This document shows positions 26,055 through 34,823 of a stretch of 40,516 bases of DNA, piece by piece. The notes below the pieces were generated by a model. The model saw only the letters and a list, made by a program, of their open reading frames with translations. It made no database searches and had not been told where the DNA came from. Position numbers and translations under genes: made by a program. Numbering within the stretch: the stretch's first letter is position 1; every line of letters begins with the position of its first letter. Source of the DNA: an uncultured Candidatus Poseidoniales archaeon. GTDB lineage: Archaea; Thermoplasmatota; Poseidoniia; Poseidoniales; Thalassarchaeaceae. The stretch spans positions 1 through 40,516 of the forward strand of contig CAYFHB010000001.1 of NCBI GenBank assembly GCA_964342705.1, written 5' to 3'.

Positions 26055-26993
26055 ATGATGGCTGATCCAACAGTAGAAGGAGCAAGCGATACCGCTCACC
26101 TGTACGATGGAAAGAAGATTCGCTCTTCCGCACCCAGCCGAAAGAAGGCAGCAGGACGTCTGAAGTCCAGCACTGAGATACCAGAGGATGCAATTCCTGA
26201 GATTCACGTTCCCTCTTGGATTGAATCGTTCTTCGGCGGCCCTATCGTGTCCTCGATTAAGTTCTTGCCAGCGAATAACACCGTCTCGACCCTGCAGATG
26301 GCATCTGGTGGAATCCTAATTCTCCTCACCTTCCTCACCTTCGTAATTACCCCAGTCTCGGGAACTGCTTGGTTCATGCTCGCCAACGCGATCAGTATGC
26401 CGATCCTTGGGGGTATCCTACACATCACCATCCTCGCTGTAGGAGCAATCGGTGGTATCTACGGTATTTTCCAGCGCGACCAGAGGGCGCTTCTGATATC
26501 CTATGTCGCGCTGATTCTCGTCACTCTGCGATTCGCGGGAAGCAAGGTCGAATTCGGATTGAATCTGCTTCCCGAGGGTGAAATCGCCCAGAAATTCCTA
26601 CTCATTCTCTATGCTCTCTTCCTCGTGATGTACTTCGAGCTGACGAGCGGAATCATTCGCTTCTCGATGCTCGACACCTCGATTCGAACCGGCGAGGTCT
26701 ATGTCATGGGTGAAGGGAAGATCATCCGCCAATATCACCGCGCCATTGGAATCACTCCACTGGTCGCTGGTGTGGTGGCCCTTCTTACGCTGCTAATCAA
26801 CCTCATCGTGCCAGCGATTGTTGGTATCTTCGACAGCGTTCAGGCTGCAAGGTTGAGCGAGTCAGTCGAACTGACGAGCGTGTACGGTGTCGCTATGGGT
26901 ACCGCATTCGTGTTCACCATAATCGCGGCGGCCTTCGCAATCAATCTGCCGCTGCGAATCCAGCAACTACAGGAAAACCGCAGCGGCAAGTGA
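26055..26993 (+). CDS. Polytopic membrane protein of unknown function (last gene of the MoxR module)
   Basis: An approximately 60-aa basic N-terminal region is followed by 6-7 hydrophobic segments. GAGGTGA lies immediately upstream, and the second ATG at 26058 has the better spacing. I recognise no family motif. Confidence 0.65.
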   Translation: MMADPTVEGASDTAHLYDGKKIRSSAPSRKKAAGRLKSSTEIPEDAIPEIHVPSWIESFFGGPIVSSIKFLPANNTVSTLQMASGGILILLTFLTFVITPVSGTAWFMLANAISMPILGGILHITILAVGAIGGIYGIFQRDQRALLISYVALILVTLRFAGSKVEFGLNLLPEGEIAQKFLLILYALFLVMYFELTSGIIRFSMLDTSIRTGEVYVMGEGKIIRQYHRAIGITPLVAGVVALLTLLINLIVPAIVGIFDSVQAARLSESVELTSVYGVAMGTAFVFTIIAAAFAINLPLRIQQLQENRSGK

Positions 26994-27001
26994 TGCTGCC
27001 C

Positions 27002-28114
27002 TCATTCTTCTCTTATCGAAGACAGATAGCCGCCGAGAGTTCCGAGGTCGGCGATGACCAGACGGGCGATGGCCTCGACCACTGGGACGGCTCGTGGACC
27101 GAGTACTGGATCATGCCGGCCGGGTACTTTGAGTGACCTCTGTTCTCCGCTTGGCAGGTGAAGAGTGGATTGTTCACGTGCGATACTACTCGGCGGCTTG
27201 AAGTGGACGATGATGCGCATGGGTGCGCCTGTTGAGCGGCCGCCGAGGGCACCGTCTGCTTGGGCCTCGTCTGAGCCTTCTAGAGTGGTTTCATTACCGT
27301 CGAGGTGCCAAGCATCATTGTGTTCTGATCCACGCATACGGGATGCGTATGCGCCTCGAGAGAACTCGACTGCGCGGGCTCCGGGTATCGCCATCATGCC
27401 GCGTGCGAGTGCTGGTTCAAGGCCGTCGAACCAAGGTTCCCCGAGGCCGATTGGGAGGCCTTCGATGATGCATTCAACGCTGGAGCCGATTGAATCTTGG
27501 TCGAGTCGAACCGATTCGATGAGGGTGGAAAAGCGATCTGTGGCTTCCTCGTCTCGACAATTCAAGCGAGCCATGTCGCTGCCCTCGGGGAGTCCTGAGG
27601 TTCGGTCGAGGCCGAATAGTGGGGCAGCGACTTCGTCGCCAACTGAGTGAAGATGGGCGGCGACATTCCAGCCAGCCGATGCTAGAAGAGCACGTAATTG
27701 GCTGGCTGCTGATACCAAACCGTAGGTCAGGCGGGCGGATTGAGACCCACCTCCTCGCAGGTCGGCGGCGCCACCAGAACGCACCTTTTCGGTCATGTCT
27801 GCGTGGCCAGGTCGCGGTTGGTCGGGGAGGAAGTCGTAATCCTTCGAGCGAGCGTCCGAGTTCCAGGTGAGCATGAGGATTGGCCAGCCTGTGGCCTTGC
27901 CTTCGTGGACACCAGAGAGGAGTTCGCATGAATCGGTCTCCGAGCGGGCACTGAGGCCTTTTCGGCCGGGGCGGCGACGCTCGATATCATCGCGCAGTGC
28001 CTCGAGGTCGATTTGAGTTCCAGCGGGGATGCCTTCGACGAGAGCGCCTACGCATCGACCGTGGCTCTCGCCGAATAGGGTCACGCGAACCGAATCACCA
28101 ATCCTCATTCCCAT
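27002..28114 (-). CDS. aroC: Chorismate synthase
   Basis: VTLFGESHGRCVGALVEGIPAG, RPGHADMT, LRGGGSQSARLT and VPGRHDPVLGPRAVPVVEA. Confidence 0.92.
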   Translation of the reverse strand: MGMRIGDSVRVTLFGESHGRCVGALVEGIPAGTQIDLEALRDDIERRRPGRKGLSARSETDSCELLSGVHEGKATGWPILMLTWNSDARSKDYDFLPDQPRPGHADMTEKVRSGGAADLRGGGSQSARLTYGLVSAASQLRALLASAGWNVAAHLHSVGDEVAAPLFGLDRTSGLPEGSDMARLNCRDEEATDRFSTLIESVRLDQDSIGSSVECIIEGLPIGLGEPWFDGLEPALARGMMAIPGARAVEFSRGAYASRMRGSEHNDAWHLDGNETTLEGSDEAQADGALGGRSTGAPMRIIVHFKPPSSIAREQSTLHLPSGEQRSLKVPGRHDPVLGPRAVPVVEAIARLVIADLGTLGGYLSSIREE

Positions 28115-28971
28115 GGTTCGCGCACCACCTCGAATTTCTCATCGGTTGTAATCCTAGTTCGAAGCCAACGAAGGTCCATCGAATTGAGGAAGGCTTCGAC
28201 GACTTCCGTGCGATCTTTGTCAGCCAACACTACGATGGCTGGACCCGAGCCGGTAATCGACGCAGGACAACCGGTCCTGACCTCGATTTCCTCGCACAGC
28301 GCCTGTGCTTCTTCATCGCCGAGAGCTTCAGCCACGAGGTGGCCATTGAGGCGGAATGCTTCGATTGGGTCGCCTCGTCTGAGTAAACGAACCACTTCTT
28401 CGAAGCGGTGTTGCAGGGCTTGGAAGTCGGCAACGCTGGTTTGCGCCTTATGCTGTTCTCGGATGATGATGTAGACCTCTTTCATCGGGAATTCTATCGC
28501 CTCACGGAAAGGTTCGGTAGTGTCGGTTGCGTCGAGCAGCCAGACCGTTGCCCAATCGGCTGCGACATCGAGGTCGTCGATGGCTGAGGTCATGCTGACG
28601 CCGGTTTGGATTTGCACCGCGGAGAGGAGGGAGTAAGTCACAGCCGAGGAAAGGTGATGGCGAGTCGAGTTTGAGAGGGCGCGTTGGGCAGCGACGAGTA
28701 ATGCCGAACTGGATTTGAGACCCATTCCAATTGGGATTTCAGACTTTATTTCCCAACCCAGATCGCCAGGAGGTAGGGGGAGGTCTCTGGCTTGCCAAGC
28801 TTCGAGGAGGGTTCCGAGGAGATTTGCCTCGTCCTCTGGGATTGGAGTCGGATTATCGGTCAGCATGACCGTGGTACCTAGGCCGATAGGGACCGCCGAG
28901 CCGTTGCCGCATCCGGCGGCGTGGAGCAGGCTGAATCCAGCGTTGGCTCGTCCGATACCATGGACTTTCAT
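28105..28971 (-). CDS. aroK: Shikimate kinase, archaeal GHMP-kinase type
   Basis: The N-terminal SLLHAAGCGNGSAVPIGL resembles the archaeal TIINAIATGKGAAFGI pattern. The GHMP motif is IPIGMGLKSSSALLVAA, and the C-terminus has ASITGSGPAIVVL. It overlaps aroC by 10 nt. Confidence 0.8.
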   Translation of the reverse strand: MKVHGIGRANAGFSLLHAAGCGNGSAVPIGLGTTVMLTDNPTPIPEDEANLLGTLLEAWQARDLPLPPGDLGWEIKSEIPIGMGLKSSSALLVAAQRALSNSTRHHLSSAVTYSLLSAVQIQTGVSMTSAIDDLDVAADWATVWLLDATDTTEPFREAIEFPMKEVYIIIREQHKAQTSVADFQALQHRFEEVVRLLRRGDPIEAFRLNGHLVAEALGDEEAQALCEEIEVRTGCPASITGSGPAIVVLADKDRTEVVEAFLNSMDLRWLRTRITTDEKFEVVREPWE

Positions 28972-29903
28972 CGCTCGTTCATCTCTCCTGCGATTTCGCG
29001 GCCGACATGGCGCATGCCGGACGATAGGCGGACTGTGATTTGGTCGCCGGGGGCAAGCGAGGTGACGCTCAGTGTGCCGGTTTTTCCGATGAAGCGGACG
29101 GTCTCTGCCTGTTGTGCGTGGACTTGACCGGACGCTTCCTCGGTAGTGAATCGGACGAGCAGGAATGGGCGGCGCTCGATTTTCAGGCGACCGATTGTGG
29201 CAGAGCGCAGTGCGCCGCCCGCATCGGTAATCGCTACTTGGTCACCCGCTTCCAACTCGCTGAGATAGCGGGTTGAGCCGTCCGCCATCAAGCAGTAAGC
29301 ATGGACGGCTCCCGCATTAACGCGGAATGGTCGAGACGGGACGAATTCGCTGGGTAAAGTCTCGCCATGAATCAATACGAGGGCATTGGCAGAGGAACCG
29401 ATTAGCATACCCTCAGCTTCAGCCAAGCGCTCGGTCAAATCGACGCAGACGCGTTCACCAACACCACCTGACTCGACGGCGGAGACCTCAGCCAAGCACA
29501 GCTCAACACCAGAGCCAGCATCCTCCGGCCCAATATCACAGCGCTCACCAGCAACCGCCTCCGCGGCATCCCAGAGCTCACCATCAGCAGGTAGAACCAG
29601 CGCATCCACACCATGCTCCAAAGCGAAGGCTGCTCCGCGAAGGTCGACCTCAGCTGAAATCGCCGCGGCCACGCGAGTTCCGCTTCCAGCCGCGGCAGCG
29701 ACGATGTTCTCCAGCGGAATCATCGTCCAATCCGAACATCGAACTAGAATCCAGTCGATCATCCCGATAAGAGACAATGCCTCGTCCTGACCTCGAAAAT
29801 CATCCAATTGAACAACAGCAACATCGGAAGCAGCACCAGACCATAGCCGATCAGCCCGGGCAGCAAGAGCCGACCCCTCAGCGGATTCAAGCCATAATTG
29901 CAA
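28968..29903 (-). CDS. aroB': 3-dehydroquinate synthase II (archaeal type)
   Basis: DWTMIPLENIVAA, GERVCVD, EGMLIGSSANALVLIHGET, SRPFRVNAGAVHAY, YLSELEAGD and IGRLKIERRPFLLV closely follow my recollection of the M. jannaschii MJ1249-type enzyme. It has a TTG start and overlaps aroK by 4 nt. Confidence 0.88.
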   Translation of the reverse strand: MQLWLESAEGSALAARADRLWSGAASDVAVVQLDDFRGQDEALSLIGMIDWILVRCSDWTMIPLENIVAAAAGSGTRVAAAISAEVDLRGAAFALEHGVDALVLPADGELWDAAEAVAGERCDIGPEDAGSGVELCLAEVSAVESGGVGERVCVDLTERLAEAEGMLIGSSANALVLIHGETLPSEFVPSRPFRVNAGAVHAYCLMADGSTRYLSELEAGDQVAITDAGGALRSATIGRLKIERRPFLLVRFTTEEASGQVHAQQAETVRFIGKTGTLSVTSLAPGDQITVRLSSGMRHVGREIAGEMNER

Positions 29904-29918
29904 GCGCCGACCCCCTCT

Positions 29919-30716
29919 CTACAGACCAGCCAATTCAGCAGCCTCAGCCGCGCTAGCAGCATCGTGAACGACTGCCCGAAGAGCGCGAACATGAGCCTCA
30001 GGATCAGCAGCACCGAACACCTGTCGGCCCATGCACACACCAGCTCCTCCAGCGGCAATAGCCTGCTCGACGACGCTGAGTAATTCAGTGAACGAAGTCC
30101 CGAGAGGACCACCTGCAATCAGCACCGGAATTGGAACCGCAGCGCAGACCTCAGCAAAGGAGTCGGAATCGCCAGTCCAGGGCACCTTGACGACATCGCA
30201 ACCGAGTTCCCAAGCCACTCGTGCCGCGTGCGCAACACCGCCAGTCGAATCATCATCAGCGACGACAAGATTCGCACCACGAGGATATACCATGCCCAAA
30301 ACAGGCATTCCGAGAGCTATCGCCTCACCGGTTAATTCACCCATCTCGGCGATCATCTCCGGCTCAGCCTCATCACCAAGATTCACCTGAGCCGAACAAC
30401 CGCTCGCACCGCGGAAAAGGCACTCGTCCGCAGTAGCAACCCTGACCTTTTCACCTGCCCGAGCACCCGCGTGAACCGTCGAAACAGAGACGTGGCAGAC
30501 AAAGCCATTCCAGCCCGTTCGCTCAAAGTGGTGGCTCAGCGTACCCTTCTGCAGAACAATCGCATCCGCTCCGCCAGCAATGCACGAATCGACTGCCTCA
30601 TCCATCCGTTCAAGCCCTCTCTCTGGGTAGCCCGAGATTCCATGATCCATCGGAATCCAGACCCCGCGTCCGTCGGGGAGCAGGCGGGCGAGCCTCTCGA
30701 ATAGGGTCTCGGCCAT
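29919..30716 (-). CDS. aroA': 2-amino-3,7-dideoxy-D-threo-hept-6-ulosonate (ADH) synthase / class I aldolase family
   Basis: VWIPMDHGIS, GGADAIVLQKG, GMPVLGMVYPRG, VAHAARVAWELGCDVVKVPWTG, PVLIAGGP and GGAGVCMGRQVF match the DeoC/FbaB-type class I aldolase fold. Adjacency to DHQ synthase II favours ADH synthase over FBP aldolase. Confidence 0.78.
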   Translation of the reverse strand: MAETLFERLARLLPDGRGVWIPMDHGISGYPERGLERMDEAVDSCIAGGADAIVLQKGTLSHHFERTGWNGFVCHVSVSTVHAGARAGEKVRVATADECLFRGASGCSAQVNLGDEAEPEMIAEMGELTGEAIALGMPVLGMVYPRGANLVVADDDSTGGVAHAARVAWELGCDVVKVPWTGDSDSFAEVCAAVPIPVLIAGGPLGTSFTELLSVVEQAIAAGGAGVCMGRQVFGAADPEAHVRALRAVVHDAASAAEAAELAGL

Positions 30717-30759
30717 GGAATTCCGCCTACACTCCCTCACTTGAAAGGATGCGTTCTGT

Positions 30760-30794
30760 AAAACTGCAATAATTTCCGCTCCCGAAGGGAGCGG
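30760..30794 (-). terminator. GC-rich 8-3-8 hairpin followed by a T-containing tract after xth
   Basis: On the - strand, CCGCTCCC-TTC-GGGAGCGG (30776-30794) begins 3 nt after the xth stop and is followed by AAATTATTGCAGTTTTA. Confidence 0.45.
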
Positions 30795-30796
30795 TG

Positions 30797-31576
30797 CTAG
30801 AAATTGAAGTCAATAATTAGAGGTGCATGGTCGGAACAATCCAAACCTGCCTGACGACTTACTTGTGCAGATTCAAAAGCCGAAAAAGCGGCATCGTTAG
30901 CCAGAACATAGTCGATGCGCCAACCCCTGTCAAGAGCTCTTGCTTGACCTCTATTCGACCACCAGGTGTAGGGCCCTTTTCTGTCTCCGAAGTGAATTCT
31001 ATGCAAGTCATGCCAGCCGCTATTTAGGAAGCGGCTGAACCATTCTCTCTCATGGTCAAGGAATCCAGATGTCATCCGATTTCCACTTGGATTCCAGATG
31101 TCATTTTCAGTATGTGCGATATTCAAATCTCCGACCAAAACAACCGGCTCAGGAGAATTCAGATACTGTTTAGCCCAAATCAACAAATCTTCTAGCCACT
31201 GGTCTTTGTAGGCCTGCCTTGCTGGGCCTGAGCCACCATTTGGCAGGTAGATATTGATGCAAGTGAGAGATCCGGATTTCGTTATCAGAACGCGGCCTTC
31301 GGCATCGGTTGGGTCGAGTGCAGTTCCGATGCCGCGGCCAAGATCTTCTACGCCAAATCGGGACATCGATGCCACGCCGGAGTAGCCTTTCTTCTCGGCG
31401 GGGTGCCAAACAACATCATGCCCGCCGGGCATCTCCCAACCAGCGGGCAATTGCTCTGGCAAGGCTCGAACCTCTTGTAGCAGCCAGACATCGGCGTCGA
31501 TTCGCTTGACCCACTCATCCAAGCCCTTGCGAATCGCCGCTCGAATACCGTTAACATTCCAAGTGACAACTCGCAT
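30797..31576 (-). CDS. xth: Exodeoxyribonuclease III (AP endonuclease, Xth family)
   Basis: MRVVTWNVNGIRA, DVWLLQEV, GYSGVA, NIYLPNG, VLVGDLNIAH, WRIDYVL and CSDHAPL. Confidence 0.92.
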   Translation of the reverse strand: MRVVTWNVNGIRAAIRKGLDEWVKRIDADVWLLQEVRALPEQLPAGWEMPGGHDVVWHPAEKKGYSGVASMSRFGVEDLGRGIGTALDPTDAEGRVLITKSGSLTCINIYLPNGGSGPARQAYKDQWLEDLLIWAKQYLNSPEPVVLVGDLNIAHTENDIWNPSGNRMTSGFLDHEREWFSRFLNSGWHDLHRIHFGDRKGPYTWWSNRGQARALDRGWRIDYVLANDAAFSAFESAQVSRQAGLDCSDHAPLIIDFNF

Positions 31577-31645
31577 GCTACCGATTGATTCTCCTTTGGA
31601 GAACGCCCTTCAACAATCCGGCGGCGTAGCCAGCTTTTCTCCGCC

Positions 31646-34093
31646 TCAATTTGAGAATTCCTTGACCTTGTCGACCAAGTCCATCTTTTGGACTCGCCAC
31701 ATTCCAAGCGGAGTCAAGGCCAGTGAGATTAATAGAACAATTCCGGCTAAACTGACTGAGATTACAGGGTCAGCTTGAACCTCGAAATAGAACGCCCATT
31801 GAACCATCTGACTAATCAGCCATTTCGTTCCGAGAATTGAGAAAATCGCTCCAAGAATTCCGCCGATTAAGCCGATGGCAAAGTGCTCTCCAAGCATCAT
31901 CGAACCGATTCGCTTGATCGGCGCGCCAAGCACTCGCAGAGTAGCTAACTCGGTATCACGCTCGGCCAAATTCATGATGAGAGTGTTGAACAGTACAACG
32001 AATGCGATGATGACTCCGAGCATCTGAATTGCCACGAAGAAGCCTTGTTGCTTCTCCATCAGCGCTGCCATCGTGTCGATCATATCCTGCTTCTCGATGA
32101 TACCAATCGACATCTCGCCAAGTGCTCCGTTAGTCTCGAAGCCGTCTGGGATAGCCAACAAAACTGATGTCGCCTCAATTCCCACAGCAGCCGCCAAGTC
32201 GGTGCGGTGGAATTGGATGGTTCGCGAGATCTCTCCTTCGGTGATGCCCACGATGTGAATCTCGACCTCTTGCGAACCGAAAAGAATCGATTGGGTATCT
32301 CCGACTTGCCAATCGAGGAAATACTGCATTCCGTTATCAATCACGACTTCAGAGGGCGATGCTCCGGCATTTGGAAGTCGGCCTTCCGACAATTGCAGGA
32401 TTTGCATCGCCTCATCGCCCGAAGTCGCGAATTCATCCAAACCAATCGCCACCAATTGCCGAGGATCATCAACCAAATTCGCCGGGAACATCAGATGCAA
32501 TTCGTGATCGATAGAATTCTCCTCAGCCCACTCGACCACTGTACCTTCAGCGCCAGGGAAAACCAATACCTGAGTATCCCAATTTGAGCGCTCCTCGACA
32601 TTTCCAATCATCAGACTCTCCATCGAATCCATCATGAAAAGCATCGAACCGAGAATCAGCATCGATAGGCCCACGGCGAAGAAAGTGAAAGCAAGCCGGA
32701 TGGGCTTTCGAGTACTTGACCGAACAGTCAATCCAACAGTCGTTGGAAGCCGTGAGGTCATCCTCTGAATCGCTCGCGAACTCAACTTCACCTCATGCTC
32801 ACCGCGCATCACGACCAACGGGTCGAGATTCGCGGCCTGCCATGCAGGGCGGAAGCCGGAGAAGAGAACCAAAACCATAGTAATTATGAGAATCTCGATA
32901 ATTGAAGAGGTCGATACACTGCTTGCGACGACTGGAATACCGATGATACCCTCGTACATGCTTTCCATCGAGGGAGCCCCAGCAAAGACCCCGAATATCA
33001 CTCCAAGGACCGACCCAATCAGGCCGATTCCAATCGGAGCTAGGATGTAAGAAGGCATGATTGCCGAGCGTGGGATTCCAAGTGTACGGAGGATTGCGAT
33101 TTCGCGCGCCTGCGATTGAATAAGTCGCTGAAGACTGAGGAAGATTGTGATTCCCGCGACGATGACCAACATCCCAGTGATGACAGGATAGGCTTTCATC
33201 GCACCCTCCGCATCAGCGCGCAGGAACTCGACCGAGTCGATTCCGGACCTGTCGAAAACGATGGCAGCCGAATCGATCTCGGTCGTAATCGTCGTCAATG
33301 CCCCAAGGACTGGAGTCAATTCCTCACCCTCGTTCTTCTCGGTCGAAAGCAAGTCATAATCCGGAGTTCCAACGATATCAATCAGCAAGAAATTGGCCGA
33401 CCCAGCACTGAGGTTCGCCAGAGTCTCTAGACCTTCAGCGGTAAGATATCCCGTCACGAACTTTCCTGACTCGGCCGGTAAAAGCGTCCCTGGTGCAGCG
33501 AAGTACAGGTGGTGAGAGTGATACCCAAAGCCGACGATGGTGAAATTCATGCTTCCAGCACCAGTGCCGATAGAGACCGTATCTCCAATCTCGACACCGA
33601 GCCCCTCGACCGCGTGTGCGTCGAGCACAATCTCGTCTGCAGCATTAGCCAAACGTCCATCGCAGCATTCGTGCTCGGGCATCCAAACCCGGTCGACATA
33701 GCCCTCATCGATGCCGTGCCAGATCGAGGGGACTAGCCGCTCCGACCCATCCTCCTCAGTATGGAAGAGCAATCCATCGAGAACCAATCTTGGCTCGCAC
33801 TCCATCATCACCAATTCAGTCTCTGGCCACTGAGCAGAAATCTCCTCGCAAAGAGTTGAGGCTTGTGAACTACTCCATATCGACCTCGGATTCTCCACCC
33901 AAACGTCTCCGAGGTTGGTACCCGACTCGGAATCAACGTAGATATCGTCGTACATATTGGTCGCAGTATGAGCATAATGCCCGAACGCGATTCCTCCGCT
34001 TACTCCTACCAAAATAATCAGAACCACAGCGACCAAACGTAATTTCGCCCGCCAGAGACTTCGCGCCAACCTCTTGGTGAGCAGGAGCTTCAT
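31646..34093 (-). CDS. ABC transporter permease, double FtsX-domain (MacB/YbbP-like) with large extracytoplasmic domains
   Basis: At 815 aa it has an N-terminal TM, an approximately 270-aa external domain, an FtsX 3-TM block (REIAILRTLGIPRSAI), a second external domain and a second FtsX block (ELATLRVLGAPIKRI). It lies 9 nt downstream of the ATPase gene. Confidence 0.85.
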   Translation of the reverse strand: MKLLLTKRLARSLWRAKLRLVAVVLIILVGVSGGIAFGHYAHTATNMYDDIYVDSESGTNLGDVWVENPRSIWSSSQASTLCEEISAQWPETELVMMECEPRLVLDGLLFHTEEDGSERLVPSIWHGIDEGYVDRVWMPEHECCDGRLANAADEIVLDAHAVEGLGVEIGDTVSIGTGAGSMNFTIVGFGYHSHHLYFAAPGTLLPAESGKFVTGYLTAEGLETLANLSAGSANFLLIDIVGTPDYDLLSTEKNEGEELTPVLGALTTITTEIDSAAIVFDRSGIDSVEFLRADAEGAMKAYPVITGMLVIVAGITIFLSLQRLIQSQAREIAILRTLGIPRSAIMPSYILAPIGIGLIGSVLGVIFGVFAGAPSMESMYEGIIGIPVVASSVSTSSIIEILIITMVLVLFSGFRPAWQAANLDPLVVMRGEHEVKLSSRAIQRMTSRLPTTVGLTVRSSTRKPIRLAFTFFAVGLSMLILGSMLFMMDSMESLMIGNVEERSNWDTQVLVFPGAEGTVVEWAEENSIDHELHLMFPANLVDDPRQLVAIGLDEFATSGDEAMQILQLSEGRLPNAGASPSEVVIDNGMQYFLDWQVGDTQSILFGSQEVEIHIVGITEGEISRTIQFHRTDLAAAVGIEATSVLLAIPDGFETNGALGEMSIGIIEKQDMIDTMAALMEKQQGFFVAIQMLGVIIAFVVLFNTLIMNLAERDTELATLRVLGAPIKRIGSMMLGEHFAIGLIGGILGAIFSILGTKWLISQMVQWAFYFEVQADPVISVSLAGIVLLISLALTPLGMWRVQKMDLVDKVKEFSN

Positions 34094-34102
34094 GTAATCG
34101 CC

Positions 34103-34783
34103 TCACGCATTTTCGTCAGAGATGATTTTGCCACTATCCAGACGAATAACTCGAGTTGCATATTGAATCAATGATTCATCGTGAGTCACGAAAATTGTTG
34201 TAATTCCCTCGGCCTCACACGCCTTTACCAAGACTTCCATTACCATAGCTGAAGTCTTGGAATCGAGATTGCCGGTCAATTCGTCTCCTAGAAGCAGACG
34301 TGGACTCTTTGCTAGAGAACGGGCAATGGCAACTCGCTGCTGCTGACCACCGCTAATTTCAGTCGGGAAGCGGTCGACCTCGTCCTCAAGTCCTACCAAG
34401 TCAAGCAATTCTCTCGCCCGCTTCTCATCGCGACCGCCTGACAATTCCTGAATCAGCAGGAGATTCTCTAGCACCGTCAGGTCCTGCAGGAGATTGAAAA
34501 ATTGGAACACATATCCGATATTGTCGCGCCGAAAAGTCGTCATCTCCTCTGGCGAGTCATTCGGTACCGAAGTCCCCTCAAAGGTGTACGAGCCAGCAGT
34601 CGGGCTATCGAGAGCTGCAACACAATTCAGCAGAGTCGTCTTGCCCGAGCCCGACGGACCTAGCAAAATGATGCGCTCGCCCTTAGTAATCGACAAATCG
34701 ATTCCGTCGAGCGCCTTGACAGTTCCAGAGGCCATCTCGTAATACCGCTTCATCCCACTAATCGCAAGCAATGATTCCGACAT
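34103..34783 (-). CDS. ABC transporter ATP-binding protein (MacB/LolD-type)
   Basis: Walker A GPSGSGKTTLLN, Q-loop FVFQFFNL, signature ISGGQQQRVAIARSLA, Walker B LLLGDELTGNLD (L where P is usual) and H-loop VTHD. The first ATG is at 34783; the ORF track starts at a TTG at 34804. Confidence 0.9.
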   Translation of the reverse strand: MSESLLAISGMKRYYEMASGTVKALDGIDLSITKGERIILLGPSGSGKTTLLNCVAALDSPTAGSYTFEGTSVPNDSPEEMTTFRRDNIGYVFQFFNLLQDLTVLENLLLIQELSGGRDEKRARELLDLVGLEDEVDRFPTEISGGQQQRVAIARSLAKSPRLLLGDELTGNLDSKTSAMVMEVLVKACEAEGITTIFVTHDESLIQYATRVIRLDSGKIISDENA

Positions 34784-34823
34784 CTGAACCACTTTGTGGT
34801 TCAACCCAAGTATCCGCGACTAT

